From Clostridia bacterium (GTDB lineage Bacteria > Bacillota > Clostridia > Oscillospirales > Acutalibacteraceae): 46,574 nt of DNA. Under the pieces are notes generated by a model that saw only the letters and a program-made list of their open reading frames with translations, was not told the origin of the DNA and ran no database searches. This document shows positions 1 through 7,775 of this stretch, one piece after another. Position numbers and translations under genes: made by a program. Location of the stretch: the NCBI GenBank assembly GCA_017547465.1, contig JAFYPN010000098.1, forward strand, positions 1 to 46,574, in the 5' to 3' direction. Position 1 is the first letter of the stretch; every line of letters starts with the position of its first letter.

Positions 1-106
1 CAGACCTTCTGTAAAGAAAATCTGCGAAAAGTGCAAGATCATCAAACGCAAGGGCCGTATCATGGTCATTTGCGAAAACCCCAAGCATAAGCAGCGTCAG
101 GGCTGA
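1..106 (+). CDS. rpmJ: 50S ribosomal protein L36 (5' end cut by window edge)
   Basis: From nt 2 the frame reads [34 protein letters not shown], with the stop at 104-106. This is the near-universal L36 sequence, and it lies directly upstream of rpsM as in alpha operons. Confidence 0.9.
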   Translation, partial: RPSVKKICEKCKIIKRKGRIMVICENPKHKQRQG

Positions 107-163
107 TCCCGACGACTGAAAGCCGCTTAAAATTGCGGCAAAACCGAAAGGAAGGAAACTATT

Positions 164-532
164 ATGGCTCGTATAGCTGGTGTTGACCTGCCCAGAGATA
201 AGCGCGTTGAGATCGGTCTTACCTATATCTACGGTATCGGCCGCAAAACGGCGAATGATATCCTCGCTGCGTCCGGCGTAAATCCGGATACCCGTGTTCG
301 GGACCTGACCGAGGATGAGGTTTCCAAACTGCGTGAGTACATTGACCACAACTGTGTCGTGGAAGGCGATCTGCGCCGTGACATCGCGTTTGATATCAAA
401 CGTTTGATCGAAATCGGTAGCTACCGCGGTCTGCGTCACCGCAAAGGTCTGCCGGTGCGCGGACAGCGCTCCAAGACCAATGCGCGTACCCGTAAGGGTC
501 CGAAGAAGACCATCGCCAACAAGAAGAAGTAA
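164..532 (+). CDS. rpsM: 30S ribosomal protein S13
   Basis: 122-aa ORF starting [26 protein letters not shown], with the basic C-terminal tail typical of S13. An AAAGGAAGG SD lies upstream. Confidence 0.97.
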   Translation: MARIAGVDLPRDKRVEIGLTYIYGIGRKTANDILAASGVNPDTRVRDLTEDEVSKLREYIDHNCVVEGDLRRDIAFDIKRLIEIGSYRGLRHRKGLPVRGQRSKTNARTRKGPKKTIANKKK

Positions 533-548
533 GCAGGAGGGATAGAGA

Positions 549-953
549 ATGGCTGCTGCAAAAACAACTGCGAAGAAGGGTACTGTCCGTCGCAAAGAGC
601 GTAAAAATATTGAGCGTGGCGCCGCACATATCCAGTCCACATTCAATAACACCATTGTTACCATCACCGACACGCAGGGCAATGCGTTGTCTTGGGCAAG
701 CGCCGGTGAGCTCGGTTTCCGCGGCTCGCGGAAATCCACCCCCTTTGCTGCTCAGACGGCTGCGGAAACTGCCGCCAAGGCAGCAATGGAACACGGTCTG
801 AAGACCGTTGAAGTGTATGTTAAGGGCCCGGGTGCCGGCCGCGAAGCGGCGATCCGCGCCTTACAGACCGCAGGACTTGATGTTACCATGATCAAAGACG
901 TAACACCTGTCCCCCACAACGGATGCCGTCCTCCCAAGAGAAGACGCGTATAA
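549..953 (+). CDS. rpsK: 30S ribosomal protein S11
   Basis: 134-aa ORF with the S11 core ([34 protein letters not shown]). AGGAGG SD at 535-540. Confidence 0.97.
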   Translation: MAAAKTTAKKGTVRRKERKNIERGAAHIQSTFNNTIVTITDTQGNALSWASAGELGFRGSRKSTPFAAQTAAETAAKAAMEHGLKTVEVYVKGPGAGREAAIRALQTAGLDVTMIKDVTPVPHNGCRPPKRRRV

Positions 954-980
954 CACGAGAATTTAGGAGGTGCAACCAAC

Positions 981-1607
981 ATGGCAAGATATACCGGTGC
1001 GGTGTGCAGACTCTGCCGCCGCGAAGGACAGAAACTGTTTTTGAAGGGCGAACGCTGCTATACCGCAAAGTGCTCCGTTTCCCGCCGCGCATATGCGCCC
1101 GGCCAGCATGGTCAGGCTCGTAATCGCAAGGCTTCGGAATACGGCAAACAGCTCCGCACCAAGCAGTACGCAAGACGTTACTATGGTGTCCTCGAGGGTC
1201 AGTTCCGTCACTATTTTGAGATGGCGACCAAAATGCAGGGCGTGACGGGTGAGAACTTGCTCCGCTTGCTTGAGTCCCGTCTGGACAACGTTGTGTACCG
1301 TCTGGGCTATGCGAGCTCCCGTGCGGAAGCCCGTCAGCTGGTTACCCAGGGACATTTCATGGTTAACGGCCGCAAGGTCAACATCCCGTCCTACCTGACT
1401 AAGGTCGGCGAAGCGATTGCGGTGAAAGAAAACAGTCGTGCGCTTGATAAAATGAAGGCCATCGCTGAGGCGAACAGCTCCCGTCCTGTTCCGAAGTGGC
1501 TTGAGAAGACCGCTGAATGGGAAGCGAAGATCGCGGCAGTGCCGGCTCGTGAAGATATTGATCTTCCGATCGAGGAAACCCTTATCGTCGAGTTGTACTC
1601 GAAATAA
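981..1607 (+). CDS. rpsD: 30S ribosomal protein S4
   Basis: 208-aa ORF with the S4 N-terminus [16 protein letters not shown] and the S4 RNA-binding domain ([13 protein letters not shown]). Its position between rpsK and rpoA is the expected one. Confidence 0.97.
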   Translation: MARYTGAVCRLCRREGQKLFLKGERCYTAKCSVSRRAYAPGQHGQARNRKASEYGKQLRTKQYARRYYGVLEGQFRHYFEMATKMQGVTGENLLRLLESRLDNVVYRLGYASSRAEARQLVTQGHFMVNGRKVNIPSYLTKVGEAIAVKENSRALDKMKAIAEANSSRPVPKWLEKTAEWEAKIAAVPAREDIDLPIEETLIVELYSK

Positions 1608-1710
1608 TCCGAGGCATTGCACATTGTTGCAATATCGTACGACACATTACGAAACGCATGCGCATGCGCTGTGCGCGTAGCGGCTTCGTTCATTAAAAGG
1701 AGGGTTTTGA

Positions 1711-2664
1711 ATGATAGAGATTGAGAAGCCCAGAATTGAAGCGTTGGACCTCGCTCCCGACGGAACCTACGGTCGCTTTGTTGTTGAACCGTTGGAAAGA
1801 GGCTATGGCACGACGCTTGGTAACAGCCAGCGTCGCGTGCTGCTCTCCACTTTGCCGGGTGTGGCGGTGACTTCCGTAAAAATAGAAGGCGTTCTTCATG
1901 AGTTTTCCACCATTGAAGGTGTGAAAGAAGATGTGACGGAGATCATCCTGAACATCAAAGATCTGGTTCTGAACCTGAACGGGGAAGGACCCAAGACCGT
2001 GTACATTGAGGCCCAGGGCCCCTGTGAGGTCACAGCGGGTTCTATCAAATGCGACAGCGAGGTTGAGATCCTGCGTCCCGAAACACACATTGCGACGCTG
2101 GGCGATAACGGCAAGCTGTTTATGGAGATCACGCTTGACAAAGGACGGGGCTATGTTCCCGCTGAGCGCAACAAGCAGATCATGCAGCCGATTATCGGTG
2201 TGATCCCGGTTGATTCCATCTACACGCCCGTGGTCAAGGTTAACTACGCTGTCAGCAATACCCGTGTGGGTCAGATCACCGACTACGATAAGCTGAGCCT
2301 GGAGGTTTGGACCAATGGTACGATCTCCGCTCAGGACTCTGTTTCGTTGGCAGCGAAGATCATCACCGATCATCTGGCGCTATTCGTGGATCTTTCCGGA
2401 GAAACCTATGCCGGCGACTCCGTCATGGTAGAGAAAGACGACAAGGGCAAGGAGAAGGCCCTGGAAATGACGATTGAGGAACTCGATCTGTCGGTCCGGT
2501 CCTTCAACTGCTTAAAGCGTGCCGGTATTAACACGGTGGAAGATCTGACCAACAAGACCGAGGACGACATGATGAAGGTTCGCAACCTCGGCCGCAAGTC
2601 TTTGGAAGAAGTTATCAACAAACTGGCTTCGTTGGGCTTTAGTCTGCGCGACGAAGAGGAATAA
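1711..2664 (+). CDS. rpoA: DNA-directed RNA polymerase subunit alpha
   Basis: 317-aa ORF with the N-terminal assembly domain and the alpha-CTD helix-hairpin-helix ([20 protein letters not shown]). AAAGGAGGG SD upstream. Confidence 0.97.
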   Translation: MIEIEKPRIEALDLAPDGTYGRFVVEPLERGYGTTLGNSQRRVLLSTLPGVAVTSVKIEGVLHEFSTIEGVKEDVTEIILNIKDLVLNLNGEGPKTVYIEAQGPCEVTAGSIKCDSEVEILRPETHIATLGDNGKLFMEITLDKGRGYVPAERNKQIMQPIIGVIPVDSIYTPVVKVNYAVSNTRVGQITDYDKLSLEVWTNGTISAQDSVSLAAKIITDHLALFVDLSGETYAGDSVMVEKDDKGKEKALEMTIEELDLSVRSFNCLKRAGINTVEDLTNKTEDDMMKVRNLGRKSLEEVINKLASLGFSLRDEEE

Positions 2665-2706
2665 AAACCTATTATTCCGCAGAATTCTGAAAAGGAGTGA
2701 ATTCAC

Positions 2707-3051
2707 ATGCCCGGAACTCGTAAGCTCGGCAGACCTACCGCTTCGCGTATGGCAATGCTGAGAGCGATGGTGACCTTCCTGCTGGAAAAGGGCCGTATTG
2801 AAACGACCGTTACCCGCGCTAAGGAAGTTCGTGCCATGGCAGAAAAAATGATCACGATCGCGAAACAGCCGACTCTGGCTAACAAGAGACTGGTGTTCTC
2901 TTTTGTGACGAAAGAGAGTGTTTGCAAGAAACTGTTTGATGAGATCGCCCCTTCCTATGAGGGTCGCAACGGCGGTTACACCCGCATCATCAAGATCGGT
3001 GCTCGCCGCGGCGACGCCGCCGAGATGGCCATCATCGAGCTCGTGAAATAA
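2707..3051 (+). CDS. rplQ: 50S ribosomal protein L17
   Basis: 114-aa ORF with L17 motifs ([28 protein letters not shown]). It is the last gene of the alpha operon. Confidence 0.95.
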   Translation: MPGTRKLGRPTASRMAMLRAMVTFLLEKGRIETTVTRAKEVRAMAEKMITIAKQPTLANKRLVFSFVTKESVCKKLFDEIAPSYEGRNGGYTRIIKIGARRGDAAEMAIIELVK

Positions 3052-3062
3052 GTCACACAAGC

Positions 3063-3098
3063 AAAAAGACCTCGTCCAAAAAGGACGAGGTCTTTTTT
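3063..3098 (+). terminator. Rho-independent terminator of the alpha operon
   Basis: Perfect 12-bp stem AAGACCTCGTCC / GGACGAGGTCTT with an A-rich loop, followed by a T run. Confidence 0.85.
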
Positions 3099-3100
3099 GA

Positions 3101-3135
3101 TGAATAATGAATGATGAATAGTGAAAAATGAAAAA
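3101..3135. repeat. Five tandem heptamers TGAAWRR
   Basis: The tract reads TGAATAA TGAATGA TGAATAG TGAAAAA TGAAAAA head to tail. It starts immediately after the rplQ terminator, at the left edge of the AT-rich island. Confidence 0.6.
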
Positions 3136-3160
3136 TTAAGGTGTTGCGCGGGCGCGACGG

Positions 3161-3191
3161 AATAAAAAGAGCTTCTCTGGAGGAGAGGCTC
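3161..3191 (-). terminator. Putative terminator of the RHH gene
   Basis: On the minus strand, the hairpin GAGCCTCT-CCTCCAG-AGAAGCTC (8 bp, one G-U pair) is followed by TTTTTATT. It lies about 85 nt downstream of the RHH stop codon. Confidence 0.45.
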
Positions 3192-3274
3192 TGACCGCAG
3201 GTGACGGATGAGGCGTAGAGAACGGATTTAGCTGTTGCGCTTTAATTATTCAAAATTTTACGCGGTGGCGCCGG

Positions 3275-3469
3275 TTACTCGGTTATTTCACAGTGCTCAA
3301 TAGCAAACGCCAGAAATGTGCCGATCAACTCGTTACGGCTACGGCCGGTCTTGGCGGCAATATCGTCAAGTGACTGTACAGTGGTTTCTTTAATGCGAAC
3401 AGAAAAGGTTTTATAGCCATCTTCACCTTTGGGACGCTTGGGTTTTACAATGATTTTATCACCTTTCAA
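3275..3469 (-). CDS. Ribbon-helix-helix (CopG/Arc-like) DNA-binding protein
   Basis: The small basic N-terminus is followed by a beta-strand/helix-helix pattern (KTFSVRIKETTVQSLDDIAAKTGRSRNELIGTFLAFAI) typical of RHH repressors and antitoxins. The ORF track starts at the GTG at 3478, but that GTG is part of the SD itself (GGAGGTG). A TTG at 3469 sits 8 nt after GGAGG and is the more likely start. Confidence 0.7.
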   Translation of the reverse strand: MKGDKIIVKPKRPKGEDGYKTFSVRIKETTVQSLDDIAAKTGRSRNELIGTFLAFAIEHCEITE

Positions 3470-3479
3470 ACGGTTCACC

Positions 3480-3554
3480 TCCGTATAAACATATTTTATG
3501 TTTGCACGGATGTAGAATATATGTTATAATATATGTTATAATTATATGTTTAAT
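3480..3554. promoter_or_regulatory. Divergent promoter/operator region
   Basis: A perfect palindrome AAACATA-TTT-TATGTTT lies at 3487-3503. Three tandem copies of (T)ATATGTT(A/T)TAAT lie at 3518-3530, 3531-3542 and 3543-3554. Two of these copies contain TATAAT hexamers, and the third overlaps the ATG at 3546. Confidence 0.5.
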
Positions 3555-4124
3555 ATAAAAGGTCTATTCGGTGTGAAAGAGATAACGGTATATCCCTTTA
3601 AAGGTGTTGAAGTAAATGGACAGTATGTCGCATTCGAAACGAATTGGCAAGCTGTGGAACAATTGCTGGGGAAACCGGAGCACCGATATGTGAGATACAC
3701 ACCGAAGGATGCGTTGATGATCTTGAATCGACGAGGGGAATTTGTTCGTGATTACAAGGATGACCCCTTGCCAAAGGGCGAATTTGAGGAGGAGCGTCTC
3801 GGAGCGTTTTTTGTATATAAGAAGTGGCAGCTGTACGGCATTCAACCGGATTCGAGTTATACCGTTTTTGTGCACGATTTGGTTCTTAAGGGGAATGGCA
3901 TTGAGGATTTTCAACGTTGTCAGGACAAATATGAGATTGAGTGCTATGAGTATTTTCACAAGTTTTCCGTAAAAGACATCGGCATGATATGCGGTTCTCG
4001 TGCGCGCGGTGGGCAATATGAGTTTTATTCGGCTATAGGATTTTGTGAGAAGTGTGCCCTGCATCGTGTTGCGCACGAGAGTGTAATGAGAACGATCGAT
4101 GAATCGATGACGGGCGATTCGTGA
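3546..4124 (+). CDS. Hypothetical protein (192 aa, no recognisable domain; Cys/His-rich C-terminal third)
   Basis: This is the longest ORF of the AT-rich island and has a balanced, protein-like composition. The antisense 170-aa ORF looks like low-complexity junk. There is no SD before the ATG at 3546. An alternative GTG at 3573 has only a weak AAAGG upstream. Confidence 0.55.
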   Translation: MFNIKGLFGVKEITVYPFKGVEVNGQYVAFETNWQAVEQLLGKPEHRYVRYTPKDALMILNRRGEFVRDYKDDPLPKGEFEEERLGAFFVYKKWQLYGIQPDSSYTVFVHDLVLKGNGIEDFQRCQDKYEIECYEYFHKFSVKDIGMICGSRARGGQYEFYSAIGFCEKCALHRVAHESVMRTIDESMTGDS

Positions 4125-4132
4125 ATTGCCCC
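4112..4132. repeat. REP-like GC-rich palindrome
   Basis: GGGCGATTC-GT-GAATTGCCC is an imperfect palindrome that overlaps the stop codon (4122-4124) of the 192-aa ORF. Confidence 0.4.
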
Positions 4133-4341
4133 ACGAGGGTGGTTAAGGTCGGGGGTGCCGCAAAAGCGGGGCGTCGTGGGAGTTTTCTCTCCCTTAGTCT
4201 CGCTACGCTTGCCAGCTTCTCGCTGCGGCTCGGTCCACCCGCTGCTCTGACAGTCCACCGAACTGTCATCCACTACCGCGGGGTGTCGCTTCACTACTTC
4301 GTCAGAGGGAGCAGAGAACGCTGGCACGACGGACTGAAAAC

Positions 4342-4368
4342 GGGCGGATGATATTCGCCCCTACGGGG
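4342..4368. repeat. REP-like GC-rich hairpins
   Basis: GGGCG-GATGATATT-CGCCC is followed immediately by CCCC-TAC-GGGG, both in non-coding DNA. Confidence 0.4.
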
Positions 4369-4418
4369 ATGGGGTTGGGATTGTGTGGTGATCGGCAGTC
4401 CCTTCAAAGAGGGCGGCA

Positions 4419-4455
4419 TAAAAAAAGTCGCCGCAAAGCGGCGACTCCTTTTTAC
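4419..4455 (-). terminator. Terminator of galE (structurally bidirectional)
   Basis: The 9-bp stem AGTCGCCGC-AAA-GCGGCGACT is flanked by an A run on one side and a T run on the other. It lies 8 nt beyond the galE stop. Confidence 0.8.
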
Positions 4456-4462
4456 GGATGTA

Positions 4463-5479
4463 TTAGTTTTTGTAACCCTTGGGGTTTTGGGATTGCCAAC
4501 GCCAAGCGTCGCGGCACATATCTTCAAGGCCAAATTCGGCTTCCCAACCGAGCAGCTCTTTGGCTTTGGCGGGGTTGGAATAGCAGGTGCCGATATCGCC
4601 GGGACGGCGTTCGACGATGGCGTAGGGGACCGGAACGTTGTTGACCTTTTGGAAGGTGTTAACGAGATCCAAAACGCTGTAGCCGGTACCGGTACCGAGG
4701 TTGATTGCCTCAACACCGGTGGTCTTCAGCGCGTAGTTGACCGCGCAGACGTGACCGCGAGCAAGGTCCACGACATGGATGTAGTCACGTACGCCGGTGC
4801 CGTCAGGCGTGTCGTAATCGTTGCCGAAGACCGAGAGTTTTTCGCGCTTGCCGACGGCCACTTGTGTGACATACGGCATCAAGTTGTTCGGAATACCGCT
4901 CGGATCCTCACCGATGCGGCCGCTCTTGTGTGCGCCGATGGGGTTGAAATACCGAAGTAAAACAACAGACCAGTCGGGATCGGATACGCACAGGTCTTGC
5001 AGGATGCATTCGATCATAAACTTGGTGCGGCCATACGGATTGGTGACCGCGCCAACCTCCATCGTTTCGTTCAGCGGGGAGGGGTTGTTCATACCGTACA
5101 CGGTGGCGGAGGAACTAAACACCATCCGCTTGCAACCGAATTCACGCATGACGCTGCACAACACCAACGTGCCGTTAACATTGTTATCAAAATATTCCAG
5201 TGGCTTTTGCACCGATTCACCCACTGCCTTGAGTCCGGCGAAATGGATGACCACATCGATCTTATGGGTGCTGAAAATGCGACGAAGGCCCTCGGCATCG
5301 CGGATGTCACACTCATAGAACGGAAACTCCTTGCCGGTGAGTTCTTTGACGCGGTTAAGCGCCTCGATATCCGAGTTGTAGAAGTTATCCAGTACCACGA
5401 TGTCGTGGCCGGATTCCAGCAGTTCAATGCAGGTGTGGCTGCCGATATAACCGCAGCCGCCGGTAATCAATATTGACAT
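4463..5479 (-). CDS. galE: UDP-glucose 4-epimerase
   Basis: 338-aa ORF with the Rossmann motif MSILITGGCGYIGSH and the SDR catalytic region (SSSATVYG ... YGRTK) characteristic of GalE. Confidence 0.95.
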   Translation of the reverse strand: MSILITGGCGYIGSHTCIELLESGHDIVVLDNFYNSDIEALNRVKELTGKEFPFYECDIRDAEGLRRIFSTHKIDVVIHFAGLKAVGESVQKPLEYFDNNVNGTLVLCSVMREFGCKRMVFSSSATVYGMNNPSPLNETMEVGAVTNPYGRTKFMIECILQDLCVSDPDWSVVLLRYFNPIGAHKSGRIGEDPSGIPNNLMPYVTQVAVGKREKLSVFGNDYDTPDGTGVRDYIHVVDLARGHVCAVNYALKTTGVEAINLGTGTGYSVLDLVNTFQKVNNVPVPYAIVERRPGDIGTCYSNPAKAKELLGWEAEFGLEDMCRDAWRWQSQNPKGYKN

Positions 5480-5652
5480 TTTTGGTTCCTCCCAGTATAG
5501 TTATAAGTACAGTATAGCGTATTTCGTTTCCGTTTTCAATGGGAAGATACCGCTATGGCGAAAAATACACCATTTTTGCCAAAACGGCTATTGCCTGATA
5601 ACGGCGGGTGGAGTACGATAAGAGAGTACTATAAAGAAAAGAGGAACTGTAT

Positions 5653-6564
5653 ATGAAACCGACTCTCGTCATTATGGCTGCCGGTATGGGAAGCCGCTTT
5701 GGTGGACTGAAACAATTAACACCGGTTGGTCCAAACGGCCAGCTGCTCATCGACTATTCGGTGTACGATGCGATCCAGGCCGGATTCGGCAAGATCGTGT
5801 TTGTGATCAAACACGCGATCGAAAAGGAATTTAAGGAACTGTTGGGTAACCGCATTGCACAGAAGATCCCGGTGGAATATGTGTATCAAGAGTTGGATCG
5901 GCTGCCCGAGGGCTACACTGTGCCGGAAGGCCGTACCAAGCCGTGGGGAACCGGCCACGCGATCCTGTGCTGCCGCGGCGTGGTCAAAGAACCGTTTATG
6001 GTTATCAATGCGGACGACTTTTACGGTCGTCAGAGCTACCAGATCTTAGCGGACTTTCTGTCCAAATCGCAGGTAGAAAAGCCTATGTCGTTTGCGATGT
6101 CTGCGTACATTCTGGAAAATACGCTCACCGAAAATGGGTATGTATCTCGTGGCATCTGCTCGGTCGACGAAAACGGCAAGCTGTGTGGCCTGGTGGAGCG
6201 CACCCACATTGAGATGGTGGACGGTAAAGCGCAGTTCAGCGAGGACGACGGCAAGACCTGGGAAGTACTGCCCGCAGGTTGTCCCGTCTCAATGAATGCG
6301 TGGGCTTTCCCGGCTGAGATGCTGGATCATCTGGACGAGCGGTTTAAGGCGTTTTTGGATACGACGGCAAAAGCCAATCCCGCCAAAGCCGAGTTCTTTT
6401 TGCCCTTTGCGGTCAACGATATGATGGCGGACGGCGAGGCAGACACCACGGTGCTGCGCACCCCCGACCGCTGGTACGGTATGACCTATGCTGAAGATAA
6501 GATCGACGTTCAAAATGCCATTGCGGATATGACCGCAAGCGGCATTTATCCCGCCGAAATGTAA
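5653..6564 (+). CDS. Sugar-1-phosphate nucleotidyltransferase family protein (specificity unknown)
   Basis: 303-aa ORF with the N-terminal G-x-G-x-R signature (IMAAGMGSRFGG) plus KPWGTGHA and INADDFYG motifs of the NTP-transferase fold. Its stop is 3 nt before the kinase gene. Confidence 0.8.
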   Translation: MKPTLVIMAAGMGSRFGGLKQLTPVGPNGQLLIDYSVYDAIQAGFGKIVFVIKHAIEKEFKELLGNRIAQKIPVEYVYQELDRLPEGYTVPEGRTKPWGTGHAILCCRGVVKEPFMVINADDFYGRQSYQILADFLSKSQVEKPMSFAMSAYILENTLTENGYVSRGICSVDENGKLCGLVERTHIEMVDGKAQFSEDDGKTWEVLPAGCPVSMNAWAFPAEMLDHLDERFKAFLDTTAKANPAKAEFFLPFAVNDMMADGEADTTVLRTPDRWYGMTYAEDKIDVQNAIADMTASGIYPAEM

Positions 6565-6567
6565 GGA

Positions 6568-7656
6568 GTGTCGAACATGACGATGGTAGAAATTGCAAAA
6601 CAATTTGCACTGGACCGCGAGCCGTTGACTGCAGAGCCGTACGGCTGCGGACATATCAACGATACCTACTGCGTGCAAGCCGCCGATAAGCGGTACATCC
6701 TGCAGCGCATCAATCACAACGTTTTCCCCGACGTTAAGGGGCTCATGAGCAACATTCAGCGCGTGACCGAGACCATCCGCGAAAAGGTGGTTGCCGCCGG
6801 CGGTGATCCGGAGCGCGAATGCTTGCAGATCATTCCGACTAAGGGCGGCAAAGCGTATTTGGAACACGAGGGCAACTATTACCGGATGTACGTGTTTGTG
6901 GAGCGCACGTTGTCGTTGCAGACGGTGGAAAATCCGATTCATTTTTACTATTCCGCGGTGGCGTTTGGTCAGTTCCAGCGCCGTCTTGCGGATTTTCCTG
7001 CCGAAACCTTAAGCGAGGCGATCCCGAATTTCCACAACACCGTGAACCGTTATCGCAATTTCGAGGCGGCTGTTGCGGCGGATAAAATGGGTCGTGCGGC
7101 GTCCTTACAAGAGGAGATTGCGTTTGTGCGCGCTCGCAAGACGGACACCGAAAAGGTCGTCGGGCTTTTGGCGAGCGGTGAGCTGCCGCTGCGCGTGACG
7201 CATAACGATACCAAGCTCAACAATGTGCTGCTCGACGATGTGACCGGCAAGCCGATGGCGGTGATCGATCTGGATACTGTTATGCCCGGCTCGTCGCTGT
7301 ACGATTTCGGCGACAGCATCCGTTTTGGCACGAATCCTGCTGCCGAGGATGAGACCGATCTATCGAAGGTCTACTGCGACGTTTCCCTGTTTGAGGAATA
7401 CACCAAGGGCTTCTTGGAGGCTTGCGGCGAGAGCCTGACAGCGAAGGAAAAAGAATTGTTGCCGTTCTCGGGGTACTTGATGACGCTGGAATGCGGTATT
7501 CGGTTCCTGACGGACTATCTGGAGGGCGACACCTATTTTAAGATCCATTATCCCGAACAGAACCTCCATCGTTGCCATACCCAGTTCAAGCTGGCGGCGG
7601 ATATCCAGGATAAGATGGATGAGCTGTGCGCGATCGTGAAGAAATACGATAAATAA
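6568..7656 (+). CDS. N-acetylhexosamine 1-kinase-like anomeric sugar kinase (APH/NahK family)
   Basis: 362-aa ORF. The motifs PYGCGHINDTY, VTHNDTKLNNVLLD (catalytic loop) and VIDLDTVMPG match the pattern I recall for Bifidobacterium NahK (LnpB). Confidence 0.8.
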   Translation: MSNMTMVEIAKQFALDREPLTAEPYGCGHINDTYCVQAADKRYILQRINHNVFPDVKGLMSNIQRVTETIREKVVAAGGDPERECLQIIPTKGGKAYLEHEGNYYRMYVFVERTLSLQTVENPIHFYYSAVAFGQFQRRLADFPAETLSEAIPNFHNTVNRYRNFEAAVAADKMGRAASLQEEIAFVRARKTDTEKVVGLLASGELPLRVTHNDTKLNNVLLDDVTGKPMAVIDLDTVMPGSSLYDFGDSIRFGTNPAAEDETDLSKVYCDVSLFEEYTKGFLEACGESLTAKEKELLPFSGYLMTLECGIRFLTDYLEGDTYFKIHYPEQNLHRCHTQFKLAADIQDKMDELCAIVKKYDK

Positions 7657-7667
7657 TGCTATTTTTC

Positions 7668-7697
7668 AAAGAGCCTCCCTTTTGGGAGGCTCTTTTT
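7668..7697 (+). terminator. Rho-independent terminator
   Basis: Stem AAAGAGCCTCCC-TTTT-GGGAGGCTCTTT followed by TT. Confidence 0.85.
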
Positions 7698-7705
7698 GGC
7701 ATAAG

Positions 7706-7734
7706 TTGACAAGTTTTTTAATGTATGGTATAGT
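7706..7734 (+). promoter_or_regulatory. Sigma-A type promoter of the NhaC-family gene
   Basis: TTGACA (7706-7711), a 17-nt spacer, then TATAGT (7729-7734). It lies about 40 nt upstream of the AGGAGGG SD and the ATG at 7776. Confidence 0.6.
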
Positions 7735-7775
7735 CAAAACAGAATTCGTTTTAGAGGGTATAGGAGGGAAGAACT

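Noticed and set aside
1608-1710. Palindromes in the rpsD-rpoA spacer (ATTGCA-N10-TGCAAT; CGCATGCGCATGCG) as a possible S4 autoregulatory site
   Set aside because: These are short, unsupported structures. The known S4 regulatory targets lie at the 5' end of the operon, not here. I cannot support the call without covariation data.
963-2373. Long antisense ORFs (963-1622, 219 aa; 1693-2373, 226 aa) opposite rpsD and rpoA
   Set aside because: They lie opposite unmistakable ribosomal and RNAP genes. Their products are Arg/Leu/Gly-rich with no motifs, which is the typical shadow-ORF pattern in GC-rich coding DNA.
3564-4076. 170-aa minus-strand ORF antisense to the 192-aa island ORF
   Set aside because: Its translation is low-complexity (Leu/Ile/Arg/Lys-rich with runs of hydrophobics), it has no SD, and it would run into the RHH gene region. 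The plus-strand ORF has a balanced globular composition, so I kept that one, though only at moderate confidence.
3188-4330. Possible flanking repeats of the island (GCTCTGAC...TAGAGAACGG near 3188-3227 versus GCTCTGAC...CAGAGAACGC near 4243-4321)
   Set aside because: Only short (7-9 nt) matching blocks at very different spacing are present. By eye this is not distinguishable from chance, so I do not claim terminal repeats.
4121-4960. ORFs 4121-4351, 4294-4716(-), 4348-4644 and 4385-4960 in or next to the GC-rich spacer
   Set aside because: They are mutually overlapping in several frames. They extend antisense or out of frame into the clearly real galE, lack SDs, and have Arg/Gly/Pro-rich junk composition. 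I treated 4125-4418 as non-coding.
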